Positions 37,800 to 51,562 of a DNA stretch of 64,000 nt are shown here, one piece after another. Made by a program: the position numbers and the translations under genes. The first letter of the stretch is position 1, and each line of letters opens with the position of its first letter. The notes under the pieces are model-generated. The model was not told the origin of the DNA and did no database searches. It saw nothing but the letters and a program-made list of their open reading frames with translations. Source of the stretch: Lama glama (taxonomy: Eukaryota). The stretch spans positions 12,526,001 through 12,590,000 of the forward strand of contig CM052818.1 in assembly GCA_028534125.1 (NCBI GenBank), read 5' to 3'.

Positions 37800-38900
37800 A
37801 AACCTCTTCTCACTCTGCTTTACCAATGTTAAATAACTACTGTAACAAATTCAGTGGTTGTAATTTTCTAAAATGCTTTTTATACTTTTACATTGTATGT
37901 ATATATCTGCAAATATTATTTAATATGGCTGGGCAGGTCTTTAAAATTCACGTATTTATTATCATGCGATCATCCTTAATTTTTTTCAGTCCTTGTTATG
38001 TGCTGCAAACTCTCCATGTTAGTAAATGTAGCTGATTCAAACTACAGTATAATACTCATACCTATGGATGTATGAAATCCATTTTTCTATTGATATGTGT
38101 TTAGATTTTTCCATTTTTGGTATATTGTCAGCAGTGCTTCAGTAAATCTCCTTGTACATTTCTTCTTGTCCACATTTCATGTCTGTGAGACCTTCTCTAG
38201 TGTCCATACCTACTAGTGGAATTGCTAGGCCTTAGAATATGGGCTTCTTCACCTTAAGCTAATACTGTAAAATTACTCTTAATGTAATTGTATCTGTTTA
38301 CCCTAAAATCAACTGTGCATGTTACTTATATCCACAGACTTTTAAAATTTTGCTAACCTTATGGTTGTTAAATTATATGCCACTGTCTTTTGAATCTGCG
38401 TTTCCCTATTGGAATTGAGCGCCATTTCATATACTTATTAGCAATTCACACTTCTTTGGAGGAAGTCATTTGACCATTTCCTATTGCATATTTAATTTTT
38501 TCTTACTGATCTGCAAATGAGAAATTTGACTGGACAAGTTAAACAGGGAAGAAAGACTTTGTTCAAGACTGTTGCCCTAGAAGAAAGAAATGGAACTCAA
38601 TTCCACTGAAGCAAAAATGGGAAGAGTTTTTAAGCTCTGCAATAAACTAGTGGAAAATGCCTGAGGATGTTACGGATGTGGTTCTGTGTAAAAGGACAGT
38701 CAGGAAGAAACCCGTTTAAACTTTAGTCAAGCTGAGGCGAATGAAAAACATTAAGGCCTTCTTGGAAAGGATTTAGAAGAGTTTTAAAATTCAGTCCTTT
38801 TCTGGTTTATCTTTTTTTTAAGGTGTCTTTTTTATTGCAAAAGTTTCAACTTTTAATGAATCAGATTTGTCAACATTTTCCTTGATGATTTGTTCGTTCT
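37800..38900 (-). mobile_element. Old L1ME fragment interrupted by an LTR
   Basis: ATACCTACTAGTGGAATTGCTAGG..TTTTGCTAACCTTATGG..GCGTTTCCCT; resumes AAAGTTTCAACTTTTAATGAATCAGATTTG. Confidence 0.65.
38518..38795 (-). mobile_element. ERV1 LTR fragment (MER31/MER67-like)
   Basis: TTGACTGGACAAGTTAAACAGG..AGACTTTGTTCAAGACTGTTGC..GAACTCAATTCCACTGAA..AAACTTTAGTCAAGC. Confidence 0.6.
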
Positions 38901-41004
38901 TGTTAGTTCAACAGCAGAGATGTTTTTAGGTGGCTTCACCTTGGAAAGCATTTGAGGTTTACACAGAGTGTAACCTGGGGAGGTAAATTAAAACTGAAAG
39001 TACATACAGCATTCTTGCTCCCGGATTTTAAGCTGATGCATACTTTTGTGTTTCCAGATGCTTGTTGAGTCAGTGTAAATACACTAAATGTTGCATCAAG
39101 TTTACATTTCCACCTGCCAGGTCTGGTTGCCTGGGAGGGATGCCAGTATTGGGAAGAAAGTAGAGCTGTCTCTTGGGGTGATTGTTTTATAATGTGATAG
39201 GAATGATGATATCATGCTTGCTTGCCCTGCTTCAGGCATGAAACAAAGGCATGGGGCTTGTCTTGAACAGAAAAAGCAAAAAAAAAAACAAAAACAAAAA
39301 AAACCGAAGCAGTTCTGGGTCCGGCATATCATTGGCCTCTTTTAAGGCATTGTGCTTGTGTAAGATGACACCACTTGGTCCTAGGGAAACACAACTCCAA
39401 AGCTGCCACCCCCAAGAAATAGCCCTGGCAGGGTGCTAACCATTCTGTGGGACTTCATATTGGATCAAAGTCTACCAGCACCTACTCACTTTGAAATGGC
39501 ATCCTCGTTGCCACCTATGATATTTACACTCTCTGAGCTCCTTTGACCCACTGTGACTCCCCTTTACAAATTACAGCAAGTTTCTGTCATTATCTCAGCC
39601 CTTCTCCATCTTTGGTACTTATCCCTCCAATCCTCAGTGTTTGTCTTGTTCAAAATCTCCTTCAATTTTTTTTTTTTTTCCCAGAAGGCTAGGTCACTCT
39701 TTGACAAATATTTTCTGTAAAATCTTCTTGGATCTGATTGACTCTGCACTGCATGCAGCGAATGTTTCCCCCAATTTGTGCATGTGGATGTATCTCTTCA
39801 GTAGCATCTAGGACTGATGCAAGATTTTGCTTATCTTTAAAATTTCATCTATTTTTCCATCAAAACAGGTGAATGGATTTAAGTGGGTTTTAAAATATCC
39901 ATATTTTCCTAGAAGCAAGACCTGCCTAATTTTTTGTTGTTTTTGTGTGTATGTGTGTGTGTGTGTGGCTACTGTGCTTATTTGTTTGGTCTTTTTATTT
40001 TCTCTCACATAGGTGTTCATATCTAAGTTTATCTCCATAATGTTAAAAAATCACCTACACCCCTAAACAAGCACAATTCTGACTTTTCCTTTTCTTTTTT
40101 TTTTTTTGTTGCTCTCCAGTCACTAAATCCGTGATGTGTTTATTCCAATGTTAGAATACTTTCTAAAAACAAAACTAGCAATTGAACACATATGTCTCAG
40201 TGCATGTGCAAGCATAGATGCCTTCAACAGGCTGAAATCATTGGAAAAAAAAAATCTCAAATACTCATGACAGGTGGTTGCCTGGCTGCCATCACCCTGT
40301 TCCGTTGCCATACCTCTTTTTTCTTACTGCTTTTCACTTGTCAGGATGCACTGACTCCCATCCAGTTTCAATAGGGCTTCGACTCAATAAAGTAAATGTT
40401 GGGGAAGAATATGTCAATGAAAACAGCTTAAAAGATCTCAATGTGCTGCTCAAAACAAAGCTGTCCACAGGATTTCCTGAGGACTTTATAGGTCTGTTTA
40501 TCTGGCTTTCCTTTAAGACAATAGTATTGACATGTGAAAAACTCCATATCCGATTTTATCCAGTGAATACAAACTTCCCTTACGACAGAACTTGTTTATG
40601 CTATTTCATCCAGTGAAAGATTTGAAGGCTCATACCCAGTCACACTTTTGTCTTGGGTGGTTATTTGCTGGAGCCCATGCAGAAAGCACTTCAGTTAAAC
40701 ATCATTCATAGTTCCCTGTGCTACAGAAGAAGAAGGAAGCAAAAAGTAGTAGATAAGAGATTAGAAATTGTTCGAAGTTTCCATATGAAAATACTGAAAA
40801 TCAAATTAACAAGGTTAGAAGTAAAGTTTCAATGTCATTAAGTGTAAAGGACTAATTAATTTTTCTGTTAGAAATATGTATTATATACCTCAATAATATT
40901 GATTCAAATAGCATTTTGGTTCTTTATATCTTTTACATATTTATATAGATATTTCTATTTAAGCATATAAATCATGCAAAAATGCTATTTGAATCAATAT
41001 CACT

Positions 41005-44000
41005 AAGGTATAGAATATACGTACAATATAATGTGTTTGCGTTAAGCATACAGTTTGATGAGTTTTGACAAAAGTTTACACTCCTATAACCATCACTGCA
41101 TCAGGATACAGAATATTTTCATCACTCCAGAGAGTTTTCTTGAGAACTTTGCAATCCCCACTTCATGCCCTGCTCCCCCACCACTGGCCTCCTAGAAATC
41201 ACTAATCTGCTTTGTATCACTACAATTTAGTTTCTCTATTTCTCATAACACACAGATGGGATTTTACAGTATGGACTCCTTTGCATCTGGCTTCCACTTG
41301 CATGTTTTAGCAGCTCAAACAGGGTGTGTATATCTAGCAGCTTGTTTCTGGGGACTGCTGAGTTGAATACCATTATATGAATATACCAGAATTTTTTTGT
41401 CCACTCACTAGTCCATGGACATGGAGTTACTTTCAGTTTGGGGCCATTATGAATAAAGGTGCTATGCTTATTTAAGTGTAACAATTTCCACAAACATAGG
41501 TTTTAATTTAATTTCATTCTCTTGAGTAAATACACATGCATTGAACTACTGTGTGACATGGTAAGTGTATATGCAATGCAATGTGAAACTGCCTGTTTTC
41601 TAAAGTGGTTGTACCACTTTAGTGGCAGTGAATGAAAATTCCCGTTGTTTCACAACATTTTTGACGACACTAGGTGTTTTTAATCTTTTTAATTTTCGTC
41701 ATGTAGTAGGAGTATGGTGGTTTTAACTTGAATTTTCCTAATTATAATTGTGTTGAGCATTTTTTCATGTGCTTGTGGGCCTACATAACTCTTTTTGCAA
41801 GTGTCTATTCAAATATATTGACACATTTACATACAGTAAAATTTACTTGCTTCGCTATAGTGTTCAGTGAGTTTTGACAAAGGCATACAGTTATGGAATC
41901 AATACAAGAATCAGTGTGTTGAACAGTTGTATCCTTGTAAAAATCTCCTCATAATATCCCTTGATTGTCTTTTTGACCAATTTTAATTGAGTTGCTTGAT
42001 TTTCTATTTTTGAGTGGTAGAAGGTAAATATATATAAATTGATATATATATTTATATATGTATATACATACACATACATATGTATTTTTGGATACCAATC
42101 CTTCTGAAATAAATATAGATTCCTGCTTTTTAACTTTTTAATATTGGTTTTTAAAGAGCAGAAATTTAAATTTTAATATTCAATGTAACAACTTTATCTT
42201 TTACAGTTTAACAAACGGACCTGATTTTGCAGAAATAATATCCTGTGTTTCCTAATAGAAGTTTTATAGTTTTAACTTAGTATACTTTCAAATGATTTAG
42301 AAGTTTTGTGGGGGGAGGGTTCTGACAAGAGGTAAAGATCAGAGTTGTTATTGTTGTTTTTTCAAATGAATTTCCATCCAGCTGCCTTACTCTCAGTCAC
42401 AGAGACAAAGCTTTCAGTGTTTTATCATTAAGCAGTTGTTCCGTAGTTTTTCTTGGTAGATGCTTTTGGTTTTTTTCTAGTTTTCTGAGACTTTTTATCG
42501 TAAACAGGTTTATAATTTTGATAAATGATTTCTCTGCGTCAGTTGAAATTATCATATGTTTTTTCTCCTTTATTCTGTTAATGTGGTAAATTAAACTGAT
42601 GCAGTTTTCTGTCAAACTGACCTTTCACTGCTAAGATTAATTCCACATGGCTGGATTCAATTTGCTATTATTTTGCTAAAGATATTTGAATCTATGTTCA
42701 TGAATAAGTAAGTTAATAATTTTCTTTGCTTATAATGTCTTTGCCTGGTGTTGGCATTAGGATAATGCTGGCCTATGAAAATAAGTCAGAAAACGTCCTC
42801 TCATTCTTTTCTTCCAAAAGATTTTTGGTAGGATTAGTGTTATCTTTCCTGTAAACATGTGGCAGAAATTTCTCATAAAGATGTCTGAGTTTGGGCTTGG
42901 CTTTTCTCCAAGGTCTTCAGTTGTACTTCAATATCTATAATATACTTATAGGCCATTGATACTTGCATTTATTCTTGAAGAAGTTTTAGTAAGGCAGTCT
43001 TTCCAAAAATGTTTCTATTTCATATCTATTGCCAAATCTTGATGAATTAGACCATATTTCTTTATGAAATTACTGATATGTTTGGGTTTAAATATATCAT
43101 CTTGTTTTTTCTTGTTTCCCGATGTTCTTTGTTACTCATATTTTGTTTTCCTTATTTCTTTTGATTATCTTAATATCTCATTTTATCATGAAATTGTTCT
43201 TAATACCTTCTAAATATTACCTCATCTTTATAATTTACATTGATGTTCTAATTTTAATCTTGATAATGGTCTTTCAGATCTTCTCTTAGTCCAGGTAGAT
43301 ATTTATCAATATCTTTAAAAAACAGCTTTTGTTTCATTGGTTTTTTTGTCTGCCACTTTATGATTTCCATTTTTAACTTTATTTTTTCATTTCCTAAAGT
43401 TTTATTTGTTCTTCCTTTTCTAGTTACATATGGGAGATATTTAGATGATTGATTTAGACCTTTATAGTTCCCAATGTAAATATTTTGAGTTATGAATTTC
43501 CCTCTAATCACTGTGTAAATTTCATCTCACAATTTTGGTGTTTGTGTTTTAATACTGTTCAGTTCAACCTATTTTCTAGTATCCCTAGTGGCCTCTACTT
43601 AGATCCATGGGCTTTCATACAAGTGATTTTTCTATCTCCAAATATTTGGAGATTTTCTAGGGGTCTTTTTGTTAACTATAACTACAGTTTAGCTCTATTT
43701 TGGTCTATATTTATTGAGATTTGTTTCACTTACTGAGAACAAGTTATGATATTTCCTAGTAAATGTTGTATGTTCACCTGAAAGGAATGTATATTTTGCT
43801 ATAGTTGAGAATTTTGGTCTAAAAATAGTAATCAGGTCCATGTGGTTGACAGTGCTATTTAGGTCTTGTATTCTCTTACTAAATTTGTATCAACTTTTTT
43901 TTTAATTGTTGAGAGAAGAATTGTAATCTCCAGTACTAATTGCAGATTCATTTGTTTCTTCCTCAGTTCTCTTAGTTTTCTACTTGTGCTTTGACATATT

Positions 44001-45290
44001 ATCAAAACCATACACGTCTAGAATTGCTATTTCTTTTTGATCAATAAATGCTTTAACGTTATAAAATGTCCCTTTATCCTTAATAATATTCTTTTTTCTG
44101 AGATCTACTTGAAGTAATATTTATGAAGCCATTCCAGCTAACTCATGATTAGTGTTTGTATTATGTATCATTTTATATTCTTTTAATTATAATTTATTTG
44201 TATCCTTTTATTTAAAGCATGTTTTCTGTAAAAGCATATAGAATGGTTTTTGTTTCTTTAAAAAAAAGTCTGACAAAAAATTTTATTAGCAGTATTTAGA
44301 CCATTTTAATTTCATGTAATTATTAATATATTTGGGTTGAAGACCACTCTCTTGTTATTAATTTTCTACATAGACCATCTATTCCTTGTTCTTGTTCTTT
44401 TCCTATCTTCTTTTGAGTATTATTTTTATTTATTTATTCATTTATTTGAATGGAGGTACTGAAGATTGAACCCAGGACGTCATGCATGCTAAGCATGCAC
44501 TATATGAGCTATACCCTTCCCCTTTGAGTATTATTTTTAGTATTCAGTTTTGCCTTCATTATTGGACTATTAGTACTATGTTTTATTTTTAGTGATTTTT
44601 CTTTCTTATTGAAATATATTTGACATACAATGTGTTAATTTAAGGTGTACTTATAGTGACTTAGAATTTTTCTAATGCTTACAATAAATATACTTGAATT
44701 GTCACATTATCCTCTACATGGAGTAGAACAGTAGTCTTTAGAGGATACTGTGATAAACTTTTAGCAACATTCTTTCTGTACCCTCTTCCATCTTTTGTAT
44801 TATTATCCTCATACCTTCTACTTCTCCATATGTTATAAAACAGATGTTATGTTGCTATTTTGCTTTCAACTGTTAGTTATCTTTTAAGGAAATCAAATGA
44901 AAATACAATTGTCTTCTGTTTTTCCTATGTTTACCATTTCCAGAACTGTTCATTCATGTATAGAACCAGTTTCCATCTGCTATCATTTGCTTTCCACGTA
45001 AGGAACTTCTTTTAACATTTCTTATAATATAAGTCTACTGGAGAAAAATTTCCTTTATATTCCCTTCAAAAGATTTTCAAAAGACTTGCAAATGCTTTAG
45101 AGAAGGTTTGTTGAGTTTGTGTGGCAATTTTTATCACTTTAAAAATATTGTTTCATTGACTTCTGACTTGCTTTGTTCCCAAGAAGTTTGCAGTCTTTAT
45201 GTCGTATCCTGTATGTAACGTGTCTTTTTTCCTCTGCCTGTGTTTTAAATGTTCTCTTTATCATGGGTTTTTATCCGTTTAATCTGTTCT
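41005..45290 (-). mobile_element. Long, degraded old L1M (3' UTR to ORF2 to ORF1), with nested fragments
   Basis: 3' UTR TTTGATGAGTTTTGACAAA; ORF2 remnants in ORFs 41236-41493, 42397-42615 ([23 protein letters not shown]) and 43254-43511. Confidence 0.88.
44429..44522 (-). mobile_element. tRNA-derived SINE, Vic-1-like
   Basis: 17-bp TSD TTTGAGTATTATTTTTA (44412-44428 / 44523-44539); minus strand GGGGAAGGGTATAGCTCA..GCATGCTTAGCATGCATGA..CTGGGTTCAATC. Confidence 0.9.
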
Positions 45291-46100
45291 TTCTTCATAT
45301 TTTGTCATTTTACTAGCATAATGTGGTGATATAATAATAGAATAAAATTGTTCCCTTCATTAAAAAAAATTTCACAATATTATAACATGACCTTGAATTC
45401 CTCAAAGAAAATTGATCTCCTTTTATCTTTTCTCAAGAGAATTATGTCTCATTTCAACAAGAATGAGAGTCGAGCCAGAAAATAGCTTTTAATTTTTTTG
45501 GACATTTATTCGTGTAACTAATTTGACTCCCATTAATGACAATCACCAAATAGATAACCTGTGCTTTTTGCTGATTCCAAATGTATCGGGATCTCTTAAA
45601 ATGCATGGAATTTTTACTTTTAGGTTGGAAAAGGGAACGAACATTATTATTTCAGTGAATATATTTCCAATTACTTAGATAAGTTTAAAGCTTCTGTTTG
45701 TACAACACCTAATGTAAGTATTATGATTCAAAAGTTTTCACAAAACCATTCCACCTGAGTGATAGTTTTAATGGTAGTAGGTTGTCTGTGTATATTGAGT
45801 GTATCGATGACATTCGTATTTCTTATTCATAGTCCTCCTGGTTATTCATAATGTACACAGTATGCATCCACCCTCATTACTTTGGGTTAAATAAGTGGAA
45901 AATTGCCTCCTTTACAGTAGAGCAAAGACAAAAGTCTGCCTTATTTATTAGTGAATCATTTATTCTTAAGCAACTCACTGGGTTGGAAAGAATTGGAGTC
46001 AACTGGCTGAAGGTTGCCTGTATTGCCTTAGAGGAAGAGGGAATTATATAGGATGGGAAGAGAATCCCAATTCAGGGAGAAGAGTGTGAGAAATGCTGTA

Positions 46101-46573
46101 GTTATTACTTTCCTATCGTTGTTGTGACTTTTAGTGGCTTAAAAGAACACATTTATTATTGTACAGTTTTGGAGGTCAAAAATCTGGAGTCAGTTCCACT
46201 GGGCTGAAGTCAGCGTGTCAGCAGTACTGGTCCCTTCTGGAGGCTCTGAGAAGAGAATCTGTTTTTTTTTCCCTTTTTCTAGCTTCTGAAAGATTCCTGC
46301 ATTTCTGGGCCGATAACCTCTTTCTTGCATCACACCAATCTCTTATTCAGTCATCACATTTCCTATACCTCTTTCATAGTTAAATCTCCCTCTTTAGTCC
46401 TTATATAAGGACACTTGTGACACTGAGGGCCCAACGAGAGAATCCATGATTAACTTCTCAGGATCCTTTATTTAATCATATCTGCAAAGTCCCAATTGCC
46501 ATGCAAATAAAATTCACCAGTTCCAAGTTTCAGAACCTGGATAACTTTGGAGACCGTCGTTCAGCCTACCACA
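46101..46573 (-). mobile_element. MaLR LTR MLT1C/D-like
   Basis: TTAGTGGCTTAAAAGAACACATTTATT..CCTTCTGGAGGCTCTGA..CTTATATAAGGACACTTGTGA..TTCAGCCTACCACA. Confidence 0.88.
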
Positions 46574-46847
46574 GTGTAGTTCTTTCTTTGCCTAAATATA
46601 CTAGGATTTTTCTCCTATCAAAAAAAAAAATTATATGACTTGTGATTATTTAGTAATTAAAGTAAGTATAATCCCCAAAACACTTTTAAAATTTGTGCTA
46701 TCTCTAGTGAAAGACTAATTAAGTCATGCTTTTTATAAAACTTGATCTTAATTTATCATAGTGGAATTGGTATTTTACTGACATCTTTTCGCAACTCCTG
46801 AGTAACTAGTTGTCCCATTTTTCACTGCCATTCCAGATTTAAACCAT

Positions 46848-47130
46848 TGTATTGACCCACCTTACTCCAGTATGATCTCATCCTAACTTAACTAATTATA
46901 TCTACAAAGACCTGTTTCCAAATGAGATCACATTCTGGAGAGGGAGGATGTAGTTCAGTGGTAGAGCACATGCTCAGCATGCATGAAGTCCTAGGTTCAA
47001 TCCCTAGTACCTCATTAAAATAAATAAATAAGCCTAATTACCTCCCCCTCCAAAAAGAAGATCACATTCTGAGGTAATAGGGGTTACGACTTATGTATAT
47101 AATTTTAGGGGCATGATTCAACCCACAACA
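46848..47130 (-). mobile_element. Partial MLT1B/C LTR interrupted by a SINE
   Basis: CCCACCTTACTCCAGTATGATCTCATCCTAACT..TTTCCAAATGAGATCACATTCTG|AGGTA..ATTCAACCCACAACA. Confidence 0.85.
46938..47058 (+). mobile_element. tRNA-derived SINE, Vic-1-like, full length
   Basis: 13-bp TSD AGATCACATTCTG (46925-46937 / 47059-47071); A-box TAGTTCAGTGG, B-box GGTTCAATCCC; tail AAATAAATAAATAAGCCTAATTACCTCCCCC. Confidence 0.92.
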
Positions 47131-48784
47131 GACTGTAAGGTGGAAAATCACTGACTTAAATGAACTTTTCTCAACGAGAGAGTGGAGCCCAAACAGGTTT
47201 GAAGACCTAGCAGATATCACACATTGAATGATACAGATCCAGCTGATATAATAAATCAAGACTTCTAATTCCCACTCCAGGGGTCTTTCTCCGCTATTTG
47301 AATTGACTCTGTTTTAAATAATTAGGGACAGAATCTGACATTTCCCGGCTGCTTTCAGCTGGTGTGTGCTCTAGATGTGCATGTTTTAAACAAGTAGCAG
47401 AGCCTGAGTTTAACATCATCTGACAAGAATTTCAGCCCAAGAGAACACTTGTGAGATTGCTCCATAAAAGGAATCTTGGCAGCTCATCCCATCTCAATTG
47501 TAATTCCAAAGAAATTGCCCATCGATTTTATATATGCCCTTATTTGTGCCAAACAACTTTATCATGTCAGTGGCAGCAGCGATGATTAATTTACTTATAC
47601 TGCACTCGATAGGCCATCAGGGTAGTATCTCACCCTAGTTCTCATCTACAGTATTTCTAGAGAGTGCCTGCCTCACTAAAACCTTCCCAGGTTTAATGAA
47701 AATCTCTATTATCACAACAATTTAGCAGCTTGAAAGCACAGTCCTGAGTCTTATCTTCAGAAATTATCAGAGATCTTGACATGGAATTCAGACATGATAA
47801 TAAGGATTTAAAATAATTTGTATGTTATATTCATTTGAAATGCCAAGGAAGTGACATCAACACTATTTAAATCCCTTCCCTCATCACTTTTCTTTCTACA
47901 GCAGTCAGAGAATTAAGAAATGTATTTCTATAGCTCAAAGATTGTGCTGTCATTTACAATGCTCAGTATGAAACTAGTTAACACTATACAGAACAACTGG
48001 GCTTGTGTGGCCTGGAATTAGTATTTTTTATAGAAACAACAGAGGCCTAAGCAAAGTTAGAAAATTTCAGTTGGTGTTGAGACCAAAAAATGTCTCCCCT
48101 GACCCCAGTGCAGTTCTCTCCCTGCTCTGTATCCATCATGAATGAAACTGGGAGCAGGAAGAATGGACAGTCCTTTGTCATGCTCAGCTTCATGGGAAAC
48201 CAAGGATGCGATAAGACTCAGGCTAATTTAAGTGTGTATTTACTAATTTTTTCCTCTACATTAGCCAAATGTTTCTTACCAAACTGTGAAATTCGATTTG
48301 AGTCCTTAGCCCAAATCAGATACTGGGGAATGTTAAGAAACCTGGTACAGCTATAAAACTCTCCATCACTACAGGTTTAAATTTAAACATAATTCTTAGG
48401 ATGACCCTGGAACCCACTTACACCAGTCATTGCAGAAACACTGCATTGAATAAAATGTACTTCCAGTTTTCAGGAGATGACAAAATTCTAAGCATAGGAC
48501 AGCTGACTCATCTTTTAAAAATACAGGTATCACAGAATAATATTCTCCAAGTCAGAAAAATAAGGAGATTTTAAAGAAAATATTAGATACAAATGTTTCT
48601 TTAGTATCTTAACTTTAAAGTGTTGAAAAGAATCAAATATTCAAAATCAAATTTTGATGACTTTTAGTGGTGTTTTTAATATAGAAACCTGGCCTTTTCA
48701 TGAAAAAGGTATGTGTGTAGTATTTGCTCCTTAGGAGTAATCATTTGACAAACTAAAATATTTTGATTAGAGGAGACAGAGAAC

Positions 48785-49342
48785 TGCCAGGGAACCAGAT
48801 TTGCCGCCCCAGAATGTCTCTGTGTGCAGATTAGTTTGAGCTCAAATCAAGGCCCAGAGAAAGACGCAGGAAGACACTCCGACCTCCCCCACAACTGCCT
48901 CGAAGAACATAGACAGAGGACTTGTGCCAGGAAGGGAGCTATGACCATAGATAACTCTAACATGAACTAGGTGTATAGACAGGGGGGGATTTAGCAACGT
49001 CTGTTAAAATTCCTCTCTGTGTCCCATTGTCTCCACATGACCCAGCAAACATTTATTTACCAAACGTCTGCTTTTCCATCCTTATATGAATTGCCTTTCT
49101 CCCCTTAGAAGTCGCAAACCATTTACCTGCAACATCCTTTGTCTTTAGCTGAAGATGATATTTAAGGTGATGTTTTCAGTCATTTTGGTGAATTACTGTT
49201 TTCCTGGGTCTCTCCCATGTAAACATGCTATTAAATTTCTGTTTGATTTTCTCCTATTAATCTGTCTCTTGTCAATTGAATTCTTAGTTAGTCCAGTCAG
49301 AAGAACCTAGAAGGGCAGAGGAAAATTTCTTCCTCTCTGACA
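48785..49342 (+). mobile_element. ERV1 solo LTR, MER34-like
   Basis: TG..GGGAACCAGATTTGCCGCCCCAGAATG..TAGCTGAAGATGATATTTAAGGTG..ATTAAA..TTAATCTGTCT..GAAAATTTCTTCCTCTCTGACA. Confidence 0.85.
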
Positions 49343-49776
49343 GTATGTTTCCACACAAGCATACTCAAGTCCATTAAATATCATGAAAACAAATGGCATT
49401 TATTTAAAATAATGTCTTGCATTTTTTGGAATGTCTGAGATTAAATTATGAGAGAGACAAATCTTTTCATACTTACACATCCTCCTTTTCTCATTCTTTT
49501 TGTGTCCACAAGTCAGATTTTTCCTTTTCTCTTTTCTCCTTTTTAAAACTTTCATAGAAAAACAAATAGGTGTGAATTCTAAGCTACTAACTGTGCTTGC
49601 CAACTATTAGCACTTGCAAAATGCATCACAGTTGTTCATTTTCCTCTGAACGTCCTTTGACTGCCCTGTGTTCTTTAGGAAATCTTTTTTCTACTAGCTC
49701 CTCAAAATGGAAAATAGCTAAGAAATCTGTAGAACTATTTCTCAAGGAAGTTTCTGTGTACATAGTTTGTAGAAAC

Positions 49777-50265
49777 TGTAAAACAAAAAATGTTGCCTGC
49801 TGTCCAGTTCCGTAAGAATCAAGTCATTAGCCACTGCAGACACCCCGAAAGGAATTCAAAGCCAAGATCAGGATGAGGCATTCTGTGTGTGCTCTGGGAA
49901 AACAGGCAAAACTGTACCATACATAGGTAGAAACATTTCAGGAGAAAACTTTTATGAACCTGGATTCTTGCATCTTGACACACTTAGAACAGCCGTAAAA
50001 TTGCTAAGTGGGGTATCTGCTCCTCCTGACTAGCAGTAACCTTCTACCAAGATGTGTGCTTGATTGAACGTACCCCTTTGCCAAAGTCATACATACCCTC
50101 TCCCACCCCTCCCAACACACACACACACGCACACACACACACACACACTTCTTTTGAACAGTTCTTCAGAGCTTGGGCTATCTCCTGGGCTACAGTCTTC
50201 ATTAATTGCCCAAATAAAACTGAAACTCACAGCTCTCACTTTGTGCATTTTTTTGCCAATAGACA
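49777..50265 (+). mobile_element. ERV1-type solo LTR (artiodactyl/camelid lineage) containing a (CA)n tract
   Basis: TG..CA termini; AATAAA at about 50213; flanks AAAC/AAGC; (CA)n at 50115-50148. Confidence 0.7.
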
Positions 50266-51150
50266 AAGCAAAAGTGTGAATGCTGTAAAAAAGTAAAATG
50301 TGACTGAATAGTTTTTCCCAGATATTTTCTAAAAAAAGTGAAACTGCGAAGGGAATTAAAGTTTATTCAGAACCAGTTTCTTAGGAATATATGGGAGATA
50401 CATTTCTTTCCAAAACTCATAAATTCCAAATTTCCCTTGATGATTTTTGAGAAATGCAAATACTATACTGGAGAGGCAGAATAGATTTGTGGAGTGGGAA
50501 AAATTCAGAAATTTACTAAAAAAAGTGACCTTGACTGAGTGTGGCTATATAAAAGGAGTTAATTCCTTTAAGAACTATCTAGTTGGTTTCTCTTTACCAA
50601 CTTTGGATATGGTATAAACCAATTTGTTTTTATCTTAGATATTTGAACTGCCTCAGTAATATCTCATTAGACATTAAAAGGTTAGAGTAAATGACCCCTA
50701 GGGCTTATAATCACTTCTTCCATCTGACCCTTGCTTCCAGCCTAGAAGTGGTAGATTCATTGTCAGTGTATATCACCATTGTCATAATAAGCATTTTGAG
50801 ATCGTTAGCATTATAATCTTTCAAAAATATTTAATTTTCCATCAGCAAAAAGTGGCTTATTTTTTAAAAAATAGTAACAAGACACATTTTATTTTTTCTT
50901 TTTCAGTATGATTTTTCAGGAAGCCTTATATTTTAGGAAATTCTTTTATTTGTTTCTTAAAAATATTTGTTACTTCTTTCAACATTAATATAGAGGTGGG
51001 CTTGCTGGAGAGAACAGAGGTTTATTGACCTAGCTCTCATCACTTGAAACTCAGACAGTCATGAAAATGTTGGCATTTGGCATGGTGGACAGAGTATACA
51101 AGTGAAGTGACAAGAAAAATGAGAGAAAACGGGATTAAAAAAGAAGAAAA

Positions 51151-51562
51151 TTCCACATGTGAGGAATGTCATATGGGATTTTTCTTTTTCTTTCTGGCTT
51201 ACTTCCCTTAGAATGATGATCTTCAGGTCTATCCTGTTGTTGCAAATGATATTACTTTATTCTTTTTTATGGCTGAATAGTATTCCATTGTAGAAGTATA
51301 CAACAACTTCTTTATCCAGTCATCTGTCGATGGACATTTAAATTGTTTCCATGTCTTGGCTATTGTAAATAGTCCTGCCACGAACACTGAGGTGCATGTA
51401 GTTTCCTCTGGATATATGCCCAAGAGTGAGATTGCTGGATCATATGGCAAGTTTATTTTTAGTTTTTTGAGGCATCTCCATACTGTTTTCCATAATGGCT
51501 GCATCAAACTGCATTTCCACCACCAGTGTAGGAGGGTTTCCTTTTCTCCACACCCTCTCCAG
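51151..51562 (-). mobile_element. Young L1 ORF2 C-terminal fragment, truncated at both ends
   Basis: ORF 51229-51609 [47 protein letters not shown]. Confidence 0.92.

Noticed and set aside
39564..39810. Possible processed pseudogene or exon on the minus strand
   Set aside because: No recognisable protein in the frames examined, interrupted by a homopolymer, and no TSD
40320..40392. Acceptor-like TTTTCACTTGTCAG followed by AATAAA (terminal exon)
   Set aside because: Such motifs are frequent by chance in AT-rich DNA; no supporting ORF
46938..47015. tRNA gene
   Set aside because: A/B boxes are present, but it has a SINE tail, a TSD and sister copies, so it is a SINE
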